Part shown: positions 1 through 13,522 of the stretch, in pieces
Position numbering within the stretch: position 1 is the first letter of the stretch
How the letters are laid out: the number at the start of each line of letters is the position of its first letter
Assembly (NCBI GenBank): GCA_040954595.2
Contig: CM082591.2
Span: 5,239,009-5,303,008 of the forward strand
DNA from: Balanoglossus misakiensis
Lineage: Eukaryota; Animalia; Hemichordata
Length of the DNA: 64,000 nucleotides
Reading direction: 5' to 3'
Notes under the pieces: model-generated
Databases searched by the model: none
The model's input: the letters and a program-made list of their open reading frames with translations, nothing else
Told to the model about the DNA's origin: nothing
Translations under genes and position numbers: made by a program

Positions 1-819
1 GGTCCTTATTTAGCTGGTTGCTTTCAGACGGCAACTAATTACATTCATCCCTATATTTAATTAATTTCTTTTCTCAACAGCTGAAAAGTAGACCACAACG
101 ATTGTGATCGGTCAATTACTTTCAACGCGCCTCGGCACAGTTAGACCATAGCAGGTGATTGGTCAATTGCTCTCTGTGCGCTTTGAGCACGTGTCTACTT
201 GACGAGACATAGACGCTTGACACAATTTTGTTGACCTCCAAACGTTTGTCCCATCTCTGACATGTCTGGAGAAATGACCTGGTTCCGTTCCCCTCCGACT
301 CGCTTGACACCATTTCGTTGACCCCAAAAAGTTTGACCCCATCTCTGACGTTTCAGAGAAATTTAACTCGGGGTGCAAATGACCTGGTCCCCCGAAACAA
401 TTTTCAAAGCCCGTAATTGTGGATATGCATCGTTTCAAATAAAGGTGCCTGAAAGAAACATTGCCAATAATTAATTTATTGATTTTTGACTATTTTAAAT
501 ATAACTAGACTACGCAGAATTCATAAATGGCGCGGTCCTTATTTTAGACCACGGCAGACATGCTAACAAACTTTTTGGGGTCAACGAAATTGTGCCAAGC
601 ATGTCTCGCCAAGTGGACATCTGTTCAAGCGCTCAGAAAGTAATTGACCAATCACATGCTCTGGTCGAACTGTGCCAAGCGCGTAGGCAGTAGTTGACCA
701 ATCACAATTTGCTACGGTCTTCCTGCTTCAGGTGTGGAGAAAATATTTAATTAAATACGTGAATGAAAGTACATATGTAATTAGTTACCGTCTAGACATA
801 ACTGGCTGAAATAAGGACC
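1..819. mobile_element. Degenerate foldback/MITE-like element with long imperfect inverted arms (may extend left of window)
   Basis: GGTCCTTATTT at 1 pairs with AAATAAGGACC at ~809-819; ~1-290 is an imperfect reverse complement of ~560-819 (e.g. GACGGCAACTAATTACAT vs ATGTAATTAGTTACCGTC; GTGATTGGTCAATT vs AATTGACCAATCAC); internal direct duplication ~215-290/~300-390. Confidence 0.65.
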
Positions 820-1236
820 GCCCATTTTTCGGCGATTTTCAATTTTCTGTCATATCGCCACCCAGTGGCGATGAACGATGAATGCGTTCATACGTTAGCA
901 GCGCGGCGTGCCAAGCTTCAAGACGATATTTGAATATGAAAAGACGAAAATGTCTTATATTTCTTCTTAAATCAACAACAGAATGTTTTATTTTCGTAAA
1001 AAAAAAGTTATTGCATAATCGTTATTTTTGTCCATATCTGAATTTTGCGATTACACATTCACCTAAAATTCACATTACGTATTATAACACACCATGCAGT
1101 GAAACCTCGATCGTGATTCGTCAGAACGCCGTCACGTGACCTTAGTCATTTCGAACTGTTCCCTGGGGCATCAGTTCAATCGGTTTCTGCCTGGTACTGT
1201 TGCCCCGTCTTGATATAATTCCGTGTTTGGTGTGTT

Positions 1237-1413
1237 ATAAAACACATGATGACTGACATATTCTGGCAACAGTGTATTTTTGATGACCTTGGGACTGCCA
1301 GTCACACCAAAACAGTCTGTTTTCCTGAGGGCATATACTGTTTTAGTTGTGACTAGCAGCGCCCTCGGTCATCAAAATACACTGTTGCCCTCATTGTCAG
1401 TTATCGTTTGTAT
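1237..1413. mobile_element. Palindromic MITE
   Basis: GGCAACAGTGTATTTT(T)GATGACC pairs with GGTCATCAAAATACACTGTTGCC; inner AGTCACACCAAAACAG pairs with CTGTTTTAGTTGTGACT. Confidence 0.65.
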
Positions 1414-2246
1414 ACTGTCTTTGAGGGCGTTGTATGTTCCCAGAAACCCCTGGTCTATGTAAAAGAGACATGCTTGAAACTCACTTTTTATTAGATTTTA
1501 GATAGCAGGAATCTGTTTTATTTCCATACAGTAAGAATGCTTTCTTCTGGATAAAAAATACATAACAATGGCTGCTACTTTTTTGTATTATCATGGTTTT
1601 ACTTTCAAACTTAGAATGACTTAATAAATGAGCTTACTATTGGGTTATTACCAACCTGTGATTGTGGCTGTACTTTTCAATATAAAGTAATAAATGGGTG
1701 CCACACGTAGTAATTTCATGTTACTGTTGGCCAGTATGGTTGACTGTAAACTCATACCAATAAAATGCCAAGATGTAAAGGGTCATGAAAGTGGTTTATT
1801 TTGTCAACATGGAACCATTTACTACACATAATCAAAGAAGTAATCTAACTTCCATAATTCCGTCAGATTCCTTCGAACCAGAAAAAACGCTTGTTCATGA
1901 CTCAATTTTGTGTAAATTGACAAATTACTCAGACTAAACTTGAATAAAGTGTAAAGAAAAAAATTACATGACAGTAAAATCAACCGGTTCCATAATAAAA
2001 TGTAATACACTTTAATTGATGTCTCTGTAACTGGACTGGTCCATCTTTATCACGTAGGTGAGTACAGCGTTCAAAACGGTGGGTGAGATGTGCACCAAAC
2101 TGAATGTGTTGTAATAAACAACCACACACAGCAGTGCAGTAAATGCTGTCTAAGCATGTCGTGTTTGCCAAAAGTTACAGGCCGTGTGAGAAGACTTTAT
2201 ATAGCTCTTGAATACTATGATAGTGAGTTGATTTTTGATGTACCGC

Positions 2247-5200
2247 TTAAAAAAATGTTCTGAAATGAAAGAAAAATGAAAAGATCGTGAGTCACTCATA
2301 GATTAGAAAGAGCACTGGTTGAGGTCAGAGATCATTTGTAATATTCACATGATGTTTGGCATCAATGAGAGAAATCAAGAATCAGCCTACTCCAAGATAA
2401 ACATTTCTAAGTCAGACACTATCTAGTAAGTATGAAGGCTCTAGTGAAAAGGATGTGTAAAATATAAAAATAGATGAACATTTACTGTTGCAGCTGAAAT
2501 TTCAGGCTAATGGACAGACAGTTCGTAATGTTGTCAGAGACTTGAAAAAAATACAGCTATGTTCATGCTTACATTTCATCTTCGTAATTTTTGGGAGGGG
2601 CAACTGCTATAACTAATTCCAAAGTACCAGTCCCCTGAAAAACAAGTAGTTATTGAGAAGTAAAAATAATGTGTCAGGTAATATATCACAAAATACATGA
2701 ACACTGTTATTTATTAAGTAATTAGATGTAACAGATTTAAGTGTTTGGTTCAATACAATACATATTTGCCAATCCACCCTCCCCTTTCCTATGCCCCCAC
2801 CCCCTAAAGAAACAACTGGTCCTCAATGTTGTGCAAACACTATACTTACATCAGTATTTTTCATGGCCTCAGTGAGAATCTTTTCAGCCTCAGCTAGCTT
2901 AACGCCTGTGGTCTTTTTATTGTCCACCATCATGATCTGGTCGCCTTTATACATACCCCCTGGAAACAGACAGACAAATTGGTGGTACGGAATTTACTAG
3001 AATTCACTTTGGAATACATTTTACTTGCAGTTTGACTTGTGTAATCACAGTGTAAACATATCCGCTTCTATCAAATGTAACAGAAATTCATGCATCCTTT
3101 AAATAGGTTTATACTTCATTGTTAGGGGGTTAAATACATTATATGATTTTTTTCGCTTACCTAAGTAGCAAAAGCCTATTTAAGGTAACAAGAATTATTA
3201 CTGGTTTTAAAACGTTTTAGAAATTAGCAGGTATAATGAGGGTAGATTCAGTTTTCAGAACCACTTTACTGACACCAGTAGGAAGAAACCATTAGTGGAC
3301 CACACTCACCATGTCTGTAGGCTGCCCCACCCTCATACACTTCAGAAATGACGACTTTTCCAATGGGGGAATCTATACCCCCTTCAATGACTACTTCCAG
3401 TGGCCCATCTTTTTTAATTTTTAACAGTCGGATTTCTCTCCCTCCAATTTCTCGGTCGGTAAACTGAGAAAATAAAAGTAACAAAAAATAAGTTTTCTGA
3501 GATGTGACAGTATTCATGTACCTTAAAATCAACTATACCTAGGGCTAAACTGTTACAATTAATTTAATTCTGCAGTTGAAAAATCAAATGAAACTAATTT
3601 AAGATCTACAAATAAAAGCTTTTTGAACTGTTATTGAAATCCCAAAGTGTTTACATTAGCTACTGAAGACAACACTATATATAATTCAAGTGGTGTGTAT
3701 ACAGGTTATGACAGTGCGTGCATATTTGCGTGTGCAGTGTGAATGATGTTTATAATATTTTGCACTAAACTAGCATCTGCAGTTTAACCCTTTCACACCC
3801 AGTTCCCTCTTTGAAGATCCAACTTTACAATGGATTTCGTTCAAACCATGGTAGTGAAAGGGTTAAAAAAATCAATATACAATTATGACTGCTTTGATCA
3901 CACATATAGCATACTCCTCTCAAAAGCATATACATGTATGTCTTACAAATACTCAAACTCTCTTAGACAAATACACAAATACAACAGGTACCTATACTTA
4001 CAATGTATCAAGTTGCAGCATCTGGTATTAAAACCTCAGCTAGGCCGAGTGGTTCAGAGAAAAGTCTGAACCTGCTCTAACTTTGACACCATTACCGAAT
4101 TTCCTTACATTCCCAAATAGTTTTATAACTACAATTTAGCAAATCTCCGATAAGGGTATTGACCTTACTTGATTGTATTTTTTTACCAGCGCGTTTATCT
4201 ATAGTAACCCTTTCATCCCTGTTTCCCTTTACAGAGGTCCAAATTTACCACAGCAAAAAAGGACTTGGACCAAACCATGGTGGTGAAAGGGTTAAGGCTT
4301 ACAGCATATGTAGCTGTTAGCTTTTATGGAGAGGAGATTCTAATACGGATTGGTGCTTTAGTATTTACAGTGTCATCTAATGCAGTGTCAAGGTGGGAGG
4401 TTAAAGGTCAGGTCAGGTCGGAGCACGCTGGGTCATAGGTTAGTGCAGAGTGTCAAGGGTCAAGGGGTGGATAGTGCCTCTGGTATGCTGTTGGGTGGTA
4501 CACACTACATGGTGGGCATCCAGAGTTTTGTACATGTTTGAATACTCACGAATCTTCTTGGGTTAAAGTTAGCGGCCGTGTCGTTTGTACCCTGTCTGTA
4601 GCTAGCGTATGTGTGGCCCGTGGGTTTGAGATGAACTTTCATGGATGTGGTGAAGTTAGGCATGTCGTCGGTCTCGTAATGATGTGTATTGGAGGAGACC
4701 CTCTGTGATATGGTGGAGATGATGGAGGGGGGCAACACATAAAACAGGCATGCGTCACAAGTGGTGATCAGTTCTCAAGGCAAATACTGCACGTAGCTAC
4801 AAGACACCTGAATCAACCGGCCACTGACTGAAATTCAGGTCACAGGCTTTGGTAGTCCATGTGGGCTACCTTTTCAGTTTGTTTTTTTTGTAGCCCAAAT
4901 GAAAAGAATGTAGCAGCTATGTGTGCCCTTTAAGCCCATATGACATGTCACTGACTCAAACTCACTAGAAGCTCAAGAAAATTTTCCACACTACATAATT
5001 CAAAGAAAGGTATAGGGCTGACTCAGAGAATTTTTTAGAAATCCTCAAATTAAAAATTATGTATGTTTGTGGGATTACCGCTAATTTCAAGTCCTGACTT
5101 CAACAGTGTAATGATATAGGTGTTCATCACATACTTTATTCTTCTCACACGTGTGCACTAAGATGAGTGTAACTGCAAGCAACAGTAAACCAACATCTCT

Positions 5201-8200
5201 GCTTTAGCTCTCACTGCAAATGCAAAGTCATGGCCTCACCCGTTTGGCGACCTCCAACTCCTCTTCGATCTCCTGCCTCTTCATGCTCCACTGTTCCTGC
5301 ACAGACAAGGACTTCTCCTTCTCGATCTCTTTCTCCTGCTGCACGCTGAGATTAAACAGCTCCTCGGCGATCTGCGCCGATTCCAAGTCCTCGTCCACGG
5401 ACGTCTGACTGGTCCGGCTGCCCGATCTCAACTTGGGCTGCGCCATCCACAAATCCTGCCATTTTTCTTCCTCTTTCCTCTGGGCTTCCTCGGATGGGGG
5501 GAGCGAAGTGACGTGTTTATTCTTCTCGAAGTGGGCTTTCTCTTCCATGATCTTCCGTTCTGCGTCCGCCCTGCGGGAATGCAGTTGTGGTTGTATAATT
5601 GGTGAAAAGTACACTAAAACCTGTTTAAACTGAATGCTAATAGGACTGAAGAAATTGGTTGTTTTGCAGAGGTCTCTATTTTACAGAGGTTCTTTTAAAA
5701 TGTGTGGTTCTATGTTAAAGGGACCGGAAAATGTCTACTGAATTTAATTTTAGTTGGCTTGACAATAGTAGAAGAAGGTTTCCTAGAAATTCTCAAAATC
5801 GAATGTTATCCTATAGGAATTAGGGGTAATGTTCCCCCTTTAATGAAAGTATATTACCTGTCTTTGTCCAATCTTCTTTGCTTCTCTCGTTCATTCTGCA
5901 AAGCGACCTGTCTCAGTCTTCTGAGTTCAGCCTGCTGCTTCTCCACATTGCTGTCCATCTCGGCTTTCCGTGTTTTCTGGGGCTTGGCGTAGATGTCAAA
6001 ATCGGTCTGAGAAGTAAACACCAGAAAATTACTATCTCGTGAAGGACCAATGATTGTGTGGTTATATTTTTGTGAATATCTTCCCGGGATCATGTGTTAG
6101 CCCCCATCACTTCAAAATTTTGGTTCAACCCTATTTTTTGTCAAATAGTGTGGGTGGTCCTATAATGCAGTGACACAGGGATAAAAGAGTTCACTTTGGG
6201 AGAGTTACTTTACTTACCCCTCCCTTTTTCAGAGTGATGGTCAGTTGCTTGCTGGACTTCAAGACAACCACGGCTTCTGCATGTGTTATACCAACAAAGC
6301 TGACTCCATTCACTTCCAGAATCTGATCTCCAGGCTGAAAGACGAGTAACAGTTCTTTAGTAGTTTGCTCAGAAGACTGCCATTATTTTTAACAGTTGGA
6401 GAGAAATGGAAAGCTCTGCAGAAATTCCCAACTTCCAGCATGAGAAGACAACATTTACTTAACTACATGCATGACATTAAACCATCAAGTATCTAGTCAC
6501 TCAAGACCAGAGACCAGCTCGATATATTGTATATGTACCCACCATACATCCCTTATGTTGATGTCGATTTGATCTGTCAGAGACTGTAGCTTGATATATT
6601 GTACCCATCCTACACAATTTATGAGCCAGCCCTTACCTTGATACAGATTTGATCTGTCAGAAATATGGCTTGACATATTTTACCCACCATACACAATTTA
6701 TGACTCAGCCCTTACCTTGATGTCGATTTGACATGCCACAAACTATTCCCTGACATATTTTACCCACCATACACAATTAATGACTCAGCCCTTACCTTGA
6801 TACCGATTTGATCTGCCAGAGACTGTGGCTTCACATATTGTATGAATATGTCCGGTTTGCCTGGAGTGCTGGCAATGCTGCAACCCAGAGTCATCCCGCC
6901 GACGAGATTGACGTAAAGTTTACGAATGTCGTCCTCGGCCCCGTTCTCAGCTTCTTTGATTACGTCCTCCTTCAGGAGAAGAGACAAGATAAAAATAATG
7001 AGCGAAGGTGAATCCTGAACTTTGCAACAATGTACAGTGGTGTTCCATTACAGGCTTTCAACTGCCTACTTCATGGGATTTTGACCAGTGTTGTAATTCA
7101 GCATTTTTTTCGTCTTCCTTACCAGCATGGTGGGGGCACTGCTCTCCACGTACTTCCAGGTCAGGGGGTCATTCTTCCTGTTCTTTTCTGGCACCATGCC
7201 AACAGCTGAAAATAAAACAGGCAAGCACAACACCATATCATACCGGTACATCACTGTTCAGAATAATTGCATTACTTAAAAGCACCTGTTTTCTCTCCCT
7301 GCTAGATTACGAAATTTCAGTTTGACGATTAAACGTTGGCTGACAGCAACTGAGATATCATGCTTAGACTGATGAATAACAAAGTATGTGTATTTCATGT
7401 ACCCATTGTTTGTAATTTTCTGTGGGTGTGTTATCGACTATTAAACATCCACGCACACACACACATCAACCATAACCACCCACCAATCAATACACATATC
7501 CATCCACTCCGATCACTTACTTTTCACTTTGAGCGTTACAGATCGTTTGCTGTGAATGAGTGCCAGTACTTCATCATGGGTTGCCTGTGAGATGTTGAAA
7601 CCATTTACTCGAACCACTTGATCTCCAACCTGACATAAAAAAAGGCAATTGTCCATTACATTGTACAGTCAAACCTGTGTTAGTGGTCACGTCTATATAG
7701 TGGCCACTTTGTAACTGTCTCTGTGCAATTTACATGTGCAATAATTGACCTGTCTATAAAGGCCACCAGTCTATAAAGGCCAGTGTAGGAAAGTCCCTTC
7801 ACTGGCCACTATAGACAGGTAGCCTGTATAATTTTTTTGATAAATGAAGGTAAACAAAATAATAAATGAAAGATCAATTAAATTGAAAAATTTTCATTGA
7901 AAAAACCCCCCAAAGTCTTGGGTTAATAAGAGCAGTTATTGTTGGTACAGTACAGATCTGAGCTACGTTATTTCCATTAGCAAAAGTGAGCCAACCCATT
8001 GCCAGTCCAGTGTTAGTAAACTACAAAACAACTCTTGATCTGTACTGTACAATATCCACCCTTCATATCACTGTAACACTCACCTTTAATCCTTTGATGG
8101 CTGCCTGGGAGTCGGGAATGACATCCGAGACAAAGATTCCCACGGCAAACTCCACACCGCCACGGATACTGAATCCAAAGGTCTCGTTGGTTTGCTTGAT

Positions 8201-11200
8201 GAGTCGAACCACACGTACCCGTTCACTGTTGAGAGACAGACAACCACTTTACTGTAAGCTCGATTTCATTTTTCCAAGTCGATTGAAACTGGTTTTATTT
8301 CCAGCCAGGGTGCCAAGAATCCTGGCACCCTGGGCCTGTTGGGCTTCCAGGTGCGTGTTACTCAGTAGGGCCTATACAAGACTCTCAAACCAATACAGTG
8401 CAAAGCAGTATATTTTACAGGGGGTTCAGACTGCAAAGTGTGTCTAACTTAAGTACGTATGAGAGCCATGTCAAGCCAATCAAAATACGTTTTAGAAGAA
8501 AAAGTGGCAAGTACGTATTTTAAGGGACTTGACACTCTAAACAGGTATGACACCCAGTAGCATTAGGGTTAAACTCACCTGGGTTGTTTTGGAACGTATC
8601 TATCATAACTCATCTGATGCTTCAGTGGAATAAGAGGACGGATCTCTTCATAGAGAATCATTCTCTTCGGATTGTTCAGTACAACTTTCAAGTCTTTTAT
8701 CAGCTGCTCCACAGACATATCCCTGCAAAACAAAATGCATGAGTTGATATTGTGCAATCAGATAATGTACAGAAAATTATACACACATTAACTGGCAATA
8801 ACAGCATACCGGGCCTGTTATATCCCTAAAAAGTTGCAAGATTTGAGATTTCAGATTTTCATAAGAGAAGATTGTGGAAACTAATATACAGAAATAGGAT
8901 ACATACTGTTTGTATGTTTTGAGGGATTGGAACAGTAAATCCCTCTCATTGTCATCTTCAATCATCATCTGGACCTGTGAAAATATCAAATTTAAGAAAA
9001 GTGTCGTGAGTGAAAATACTGATGTATGGTATGCTAGTGGAAATAACAAAGATTCATTCAATAATATTTTTTTTTTATCAAAATGACAAGTTGACTGATA
9101 TGGAAATGTTCAATATGGCTTCACAAAATGACAACACACCAATGCTTTACAAATACATGTATAGCATATATGTAAACACCCCTGTCTGCTTAGCTGGTAG
9201 AGAAAAAATGGTTTTGTGTTGCTCTGCAGAAAGAGACCTATTTTCATGTCTGGCATCCAAGGCATGCAGTTGATTGAGACACAGAAGTAGGACAGGTTTT
9301 GAACACATTTTTGTGTAGCTTACAAATTACATTATGTGTCAGACCGACGCAGGTAAAAAAATATCTAAACCACTGGTTTATCAGCAGATAACGGTAAAGG
9401 TCCTGTGACAAGGGCGGTACACATCTACATACCCCAAATCTACCACAGTACCAAATGTCCACCATCCTTAACAAAAATATTTTCACGCTGAACTTGGCAA
9501 CCATCAGTACAGTTCAAACAAACACCTTATTCCTAATATCTATCTAGTAATTATATCATTCAAATATGATTCCACTGGCCACAAGCGTTAGCCTACCTGC
9601 TTCTTTTTGTTAAAAAAAAGTTTCATAATCAAATGTTCCTCACATTGCCCTGACTGTGAATCAAGGCATAGGTGTTCCGTTTTTCAGTGGAACCGAGCCT
9701 TGGAATTTGTACACGTATGCAACCTAATCCTCGCCTACCGTTTCCTGTAAGCCCCTTGCGTTTTTCTGAACTTCAGCATAGCTCCTCGGAAAGTCTCCCA
9801 TGCTTCTGTTGTAAGGATCGATTGATATACGTAGAATTTGATCAAGGAAAAACCACGGTCAGACACAAAGTTGGGCAAGGACCAAATACTTGGGACCAGA
9901 GTGCAATGTGTATTTTTTATTAAATGCTTATCATTGGATTGTTTCAATACCTGATTGGGAGGGGGGAGGGGCTACTTTCTGAAACTGAATGAAACAAAAA
10001 TTCAATTTTTTGTTGTGAAACATTTTCTTATCTCTGGACAACTATATTTCTAGTCAGTTCATTCTAGCTCATTGTCCAAGTTTGGATTTTGAAATCCTGG
10101 AGTGAAACATTCTCCAATTATTTGATTTTTGTCTGGATGCAGCGACTGAACAATGAAATATGCCAACTGCACACTTTGACCTAATCAGTCAACCATTAGT
10201 TTGATTTGATTTAACATTGATAAAAACAGATTTGACAGGTAAGAAAGCCTGCCCTCAAACAGCAATTATGTGAACAATTTTGTTTTCTGTAACAGGTGGT
10301 TTTCATGATTAAACTACATCTTCACTACAAGTAGCGTTATATCATTTCTCTACCTAAACTGTTTTTAGGTATATAGATAAACTCATACATAGACAAAAAA
10401 TACTGTAAAGGAATTTACACTTGTAAAATGAAGAGTCGTTCACTCAAGATGTTTGCAAAATTCTTATCTGGTATTGCCCTGTATACAGTTTTTACATGAA
10501 TGTACCTTTTGTGTGTTGGGTGGGGTATGACCTCGCTTTTGTCTGAATGCTCTCAGGGGCACTGTTTATGGTGTTTCTGTTGGTCTACAGTCATACATTG
10601 TGTTTATACAAACATAAGATTCACATACCACTTACAACCCACTGAAAGACATTTTACTCCAAAATATCTCTCCTTGCTCTGAGGCAAAGTCACTTCTTTC
10701 TGAAGAAAGTAACATTTCAAAGTAAAATGTGTACGTTTGGGACCATAAAATGACCAAATGGCCAACAATATATCTATAGTCCAACCTAGTTTTACAAGGT
10801 GTTTTATGGTCTGATTTATACTAACCAATATAAATTGAACCCGAGTACTCGCTCTCAATAACTTTGCTGTATAAGAACTAAGGCGTTCTAGTGACAACCT
10901 CTTGACTTAGTTTTCAGCGAGCGTCTTTCTTGTATGATCCTTCACATATACGTAACCAGGCAACCATAAAAACTAAAATTTTATACTACATTACATATCC
11001 ACCCCACTGCACTAACATATTCTGGATTTTAGAATAGATTCTCTGTGCTAAAAATGTACACTTTACGCGACCTAACACTATTTCGAGTGTACCAAACGGT
11101 GTTAACCTAGAAGTGGTTTCCTCTGACAAATTTTCCGACGACTGGGTACCCGACAAAGATTGTACGAATGGGGTCAAACGTCAGGAAATCTATGACAACA

Positions 11201-13149
11201 TACAATGTATACATTGTAGCGGACGAAATGCTCTGAAACAAACAACTTGATGTTCGTTTCAATGTCCGTTAACTCCCAATTGTCAGTTTCATTCAAGTCA
11301 TTTACACCACATGTTTATGTAAATGTAAACCGAGCAACAGAAAAATTATATTTTTGTCTTTCACTATTTTTCCAGTCCAAACAGATCGTCAGGTGACGAC
11401 ATTTGCAAACTCACTTTCCCTTTATTTACCAACGACCAAAGCACTTGGGACCAGAGTGCAATGTGTATTTTTTATTAAATGCTTATCATTGGATTGTTTC
11501 AATACCTGATTGGGAGGGGGGAGGGGCTACTTTCTGAAACTGAATGAAACAAAAATTCAATTTTTTGTTGTGAAACATTTTCTTATCTCTGGACAACTAT
11601 ATTTCTAGTCAGTTCATTCTAGCTCATTGTCCAAGTTTGGATTTTGAAATCCTGGAGTGAAACATTCTCCAATTATTTGATTTTTGTCTGGATGCAGCGA
11701 CTGAACAATGAAATATGCCAACTGCACACTTTGACCTAATCAGTCAACCATTAGTTTGATTTGATTTAACATTGATAAAAACAGATTTGACAGGTAAGAA
11801 AGCCTGCCCTCAAACAGCAATTATGTGAACAATTTTGTTTTCTGTAACAGGTGGTTTTCATGATTAAACTACATCTTCACTACAAGTAGCGTTATATCAT
11901 TTCTCTACCTAAACTGTTTTTAGGTATATAGATAAACTCATACATAGACAAAAAATACTGTAAAGGAATTTACACTTGTAAAATGAAGAGTCGTTCACTC
12001 AAGATGTTTGCAAAATTCTTATCTGGTATTGCCCTGTATACAGTTTTTACATGAATGTACCTTTTGTGTGTTGGGTGGGGTATGACCTCGCTTTTGTCTG
12101 AATGCTCTCAGGGGCACTGTTTATGGTGTTTCTGTTGGTCTACAGTCATACATTGTGTTTATACAAACATAAGATTCACATACCACTTACAACCCACTGA
12201 AAGACATTTTACTCCAAAATATCTCTCCTTGCTCTGAGGCAAAGTCACTTCTTTCTGAAGAAAGTAACATTTCAAAGTAAAATGTGTACGTTTGGGACCA
12301 TAAAATGACCAAATGGCCAACAATATATCTATAGTCCAACCTAGTTTTACAAGGTGTTTTATGGTCTGATTTATACTAACCAATATAAATTGAACCCGAG
12401 TACTCGCTCTCAATAACTTTGCTGTATAAGAACTAAGGCGTTCTAGTGACAACCTCTTGACTTAGTTTTCAGCGAGCGTCTTTCTTGTATGATCCTTCAC
12501 ATATACGTAACCAGGCAACCATAAAAACTAAAATTTTATACTACATTACATATCCACCCCACTGCACTAACATATTCTGGATTTTAGAATAGATTCTCTG
12601 TGCTAAAAATGTACACTTTACGCGACCTAACACTATTTCGAGTGTACCAAACGGTGTTAACCTAGAAGTGGTTTCCTCTGACAAATTTTCCGACGACTGG
12701 GTACCCGACAAAGATTGTACGAATGGGGTCAAACGTCAGGAAATCTATGACAACATACAATGTATACATTGTAGCGGACGAAATGCTCTGAAACAAACAA
12801 CTTGATGTTCGTTTCAATGTCCGTTAACTCCCAATTGTCAGTTTCATTCAAGTCATTTACACCACATGTTTATGTAAATGTAAACCGAGCAACAGAAAAA
12901 TTATATTTTTGTCTTTCACTATTTTTCCAGTCCAAACAGATCGTCAGGTGACGACATTTGCAAACTCACTTTCCCTTTATTTACCAACGACCAAAGCACA
13001 GGCCGGGCGGAATGATATCGCTCTATGGTCTTGGAGTCGGAATAACCACCCCAATAATTTATCAAACGCCATTCTGGTCAAAAAATTAGCACAGTTAACT
13101 GTCGAAAACGTACCTTTTGGCCAAACTCCTTCGCTAAACGTCGATCCAT
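2247..13149 (-). CDS. USH1C: Harmonin (Usher syndrome 1C protein), N-domain + PDZ1 + PDZ2 + coiled coil + PDZ3 + C-terminal PDZ-binding motif
   Basis: Phase-consistent GT-AG exons: 13114-13149 ([12 protein letters not shown], cf. human MDRKVAREFRHK), 8907-8974, 8579-8722 ([10 protein letters not shown]), 8084-8225 (PDZ1 FGFSIRGG), 7521-7629, 7123-7205, 6796-6969, 6218-6334, 5858-6006, 5240-5570, 4550-4702, 3310-3463 (PDZ3 [14 protein letters not shown]), 2850-2959, 2573-2634, 2247-2259, ending EDEITFF* (human DDELTFF). Confidence 0.95.
3784..3866. mobile_element. piggyBac-type MITE (~90 bp), one of about 8 copies
   Basis: TTAA-CCCTTTCAC...GTGAAAGGG-TTAA ends; related copies at ~4205-4295, ~14570-14655, ~18936-19037, ~20199-20285, ~21404-21496, ~21805-21894, 24456-24547. 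Confidence 0.75.
6510..6842. repeat. ~80-bp degenerate tandem repeat (about 4 units) derived from a USH1C exon 3' end and splice donor
   Basis: CCCTTACCTTGAT recurs at ~6630, 6710 and 6790 (more degenerate at ~6550); the 6790 copy is the real exon/donor junction. Confidence 0.85.
7664..7828. mobile_element. TA-flanked Tc1/mariner/pogo-type MITE
   Basis: TACAGTCAAACCTGT...ACAGGTAGCCTGTA ends; related fragments at ~22755-22871, ~37020-37181, ~52796-52860, ~54620-54790. Confidence 0.65.
9888..12997. repeat. Apparently perfect 1555-bp tandem duplication in USH1C intron 1
   Basis: Copy 1 is 9888-11442 and copy 2 is 11443-12997; three ORF pairs in the track are identical at offset 1555 (10500/12055, 10604/12159, 10986/12541). 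Confidence 0.95.
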
Positions 13150-13522
13150 GATTTTTTCCTAATGTTATAAATGTTGCAGTCGACAGGTCGTTTACTTATT
13201 TTTATTGATAAACCTAAGGGCTCTGGTCAGCTGGTGAAAACATGACAAAGTTAAGAGGTTTATTAAGCCTCGTACAACTAATTGAGTTTTAAAATTCTCG
13301 TATATTGTAATTAATGTCTATACAACCGGTATATACATTTTTAAACCTCATATTGCTCTTTAAAACCATAATAATGCTTTAAAATAGTGACTGTGCCGAA
13401 ATATTAACCTTTAATTTGATTACTCAAAACCACACCCAGACGAGGCTCTTGCAATGACTGCTGGGAATGCAATCCATTTCGCAATTTCTACTGTTTCCGG
13501 AATCACGAAAACGGTGCTCTCG
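13150..13522. promoter_or_regulatory. Probable bidirectional promoter USH1C/EIF4G2 plus putative non-coding first exon of EIF4G2 (donor after 13522)
   Basis: USH1C ATG at 13149 (-); strong + strand donor TCG|GTAAGT at 13522/13523; CpG-enriched sequence from ~13000 to ~14450. TSSs not determinable. Confidence 0.55.

Noticed and set aside
4002-4078. Possible extra USH1C exon before a GTAAG donor
   Set aside because: Phase-0 acceptors tested lead to stops, and exons 4550-4702 and 3310-3463 already join to match the human GFDPYSM-FTPEQI region.
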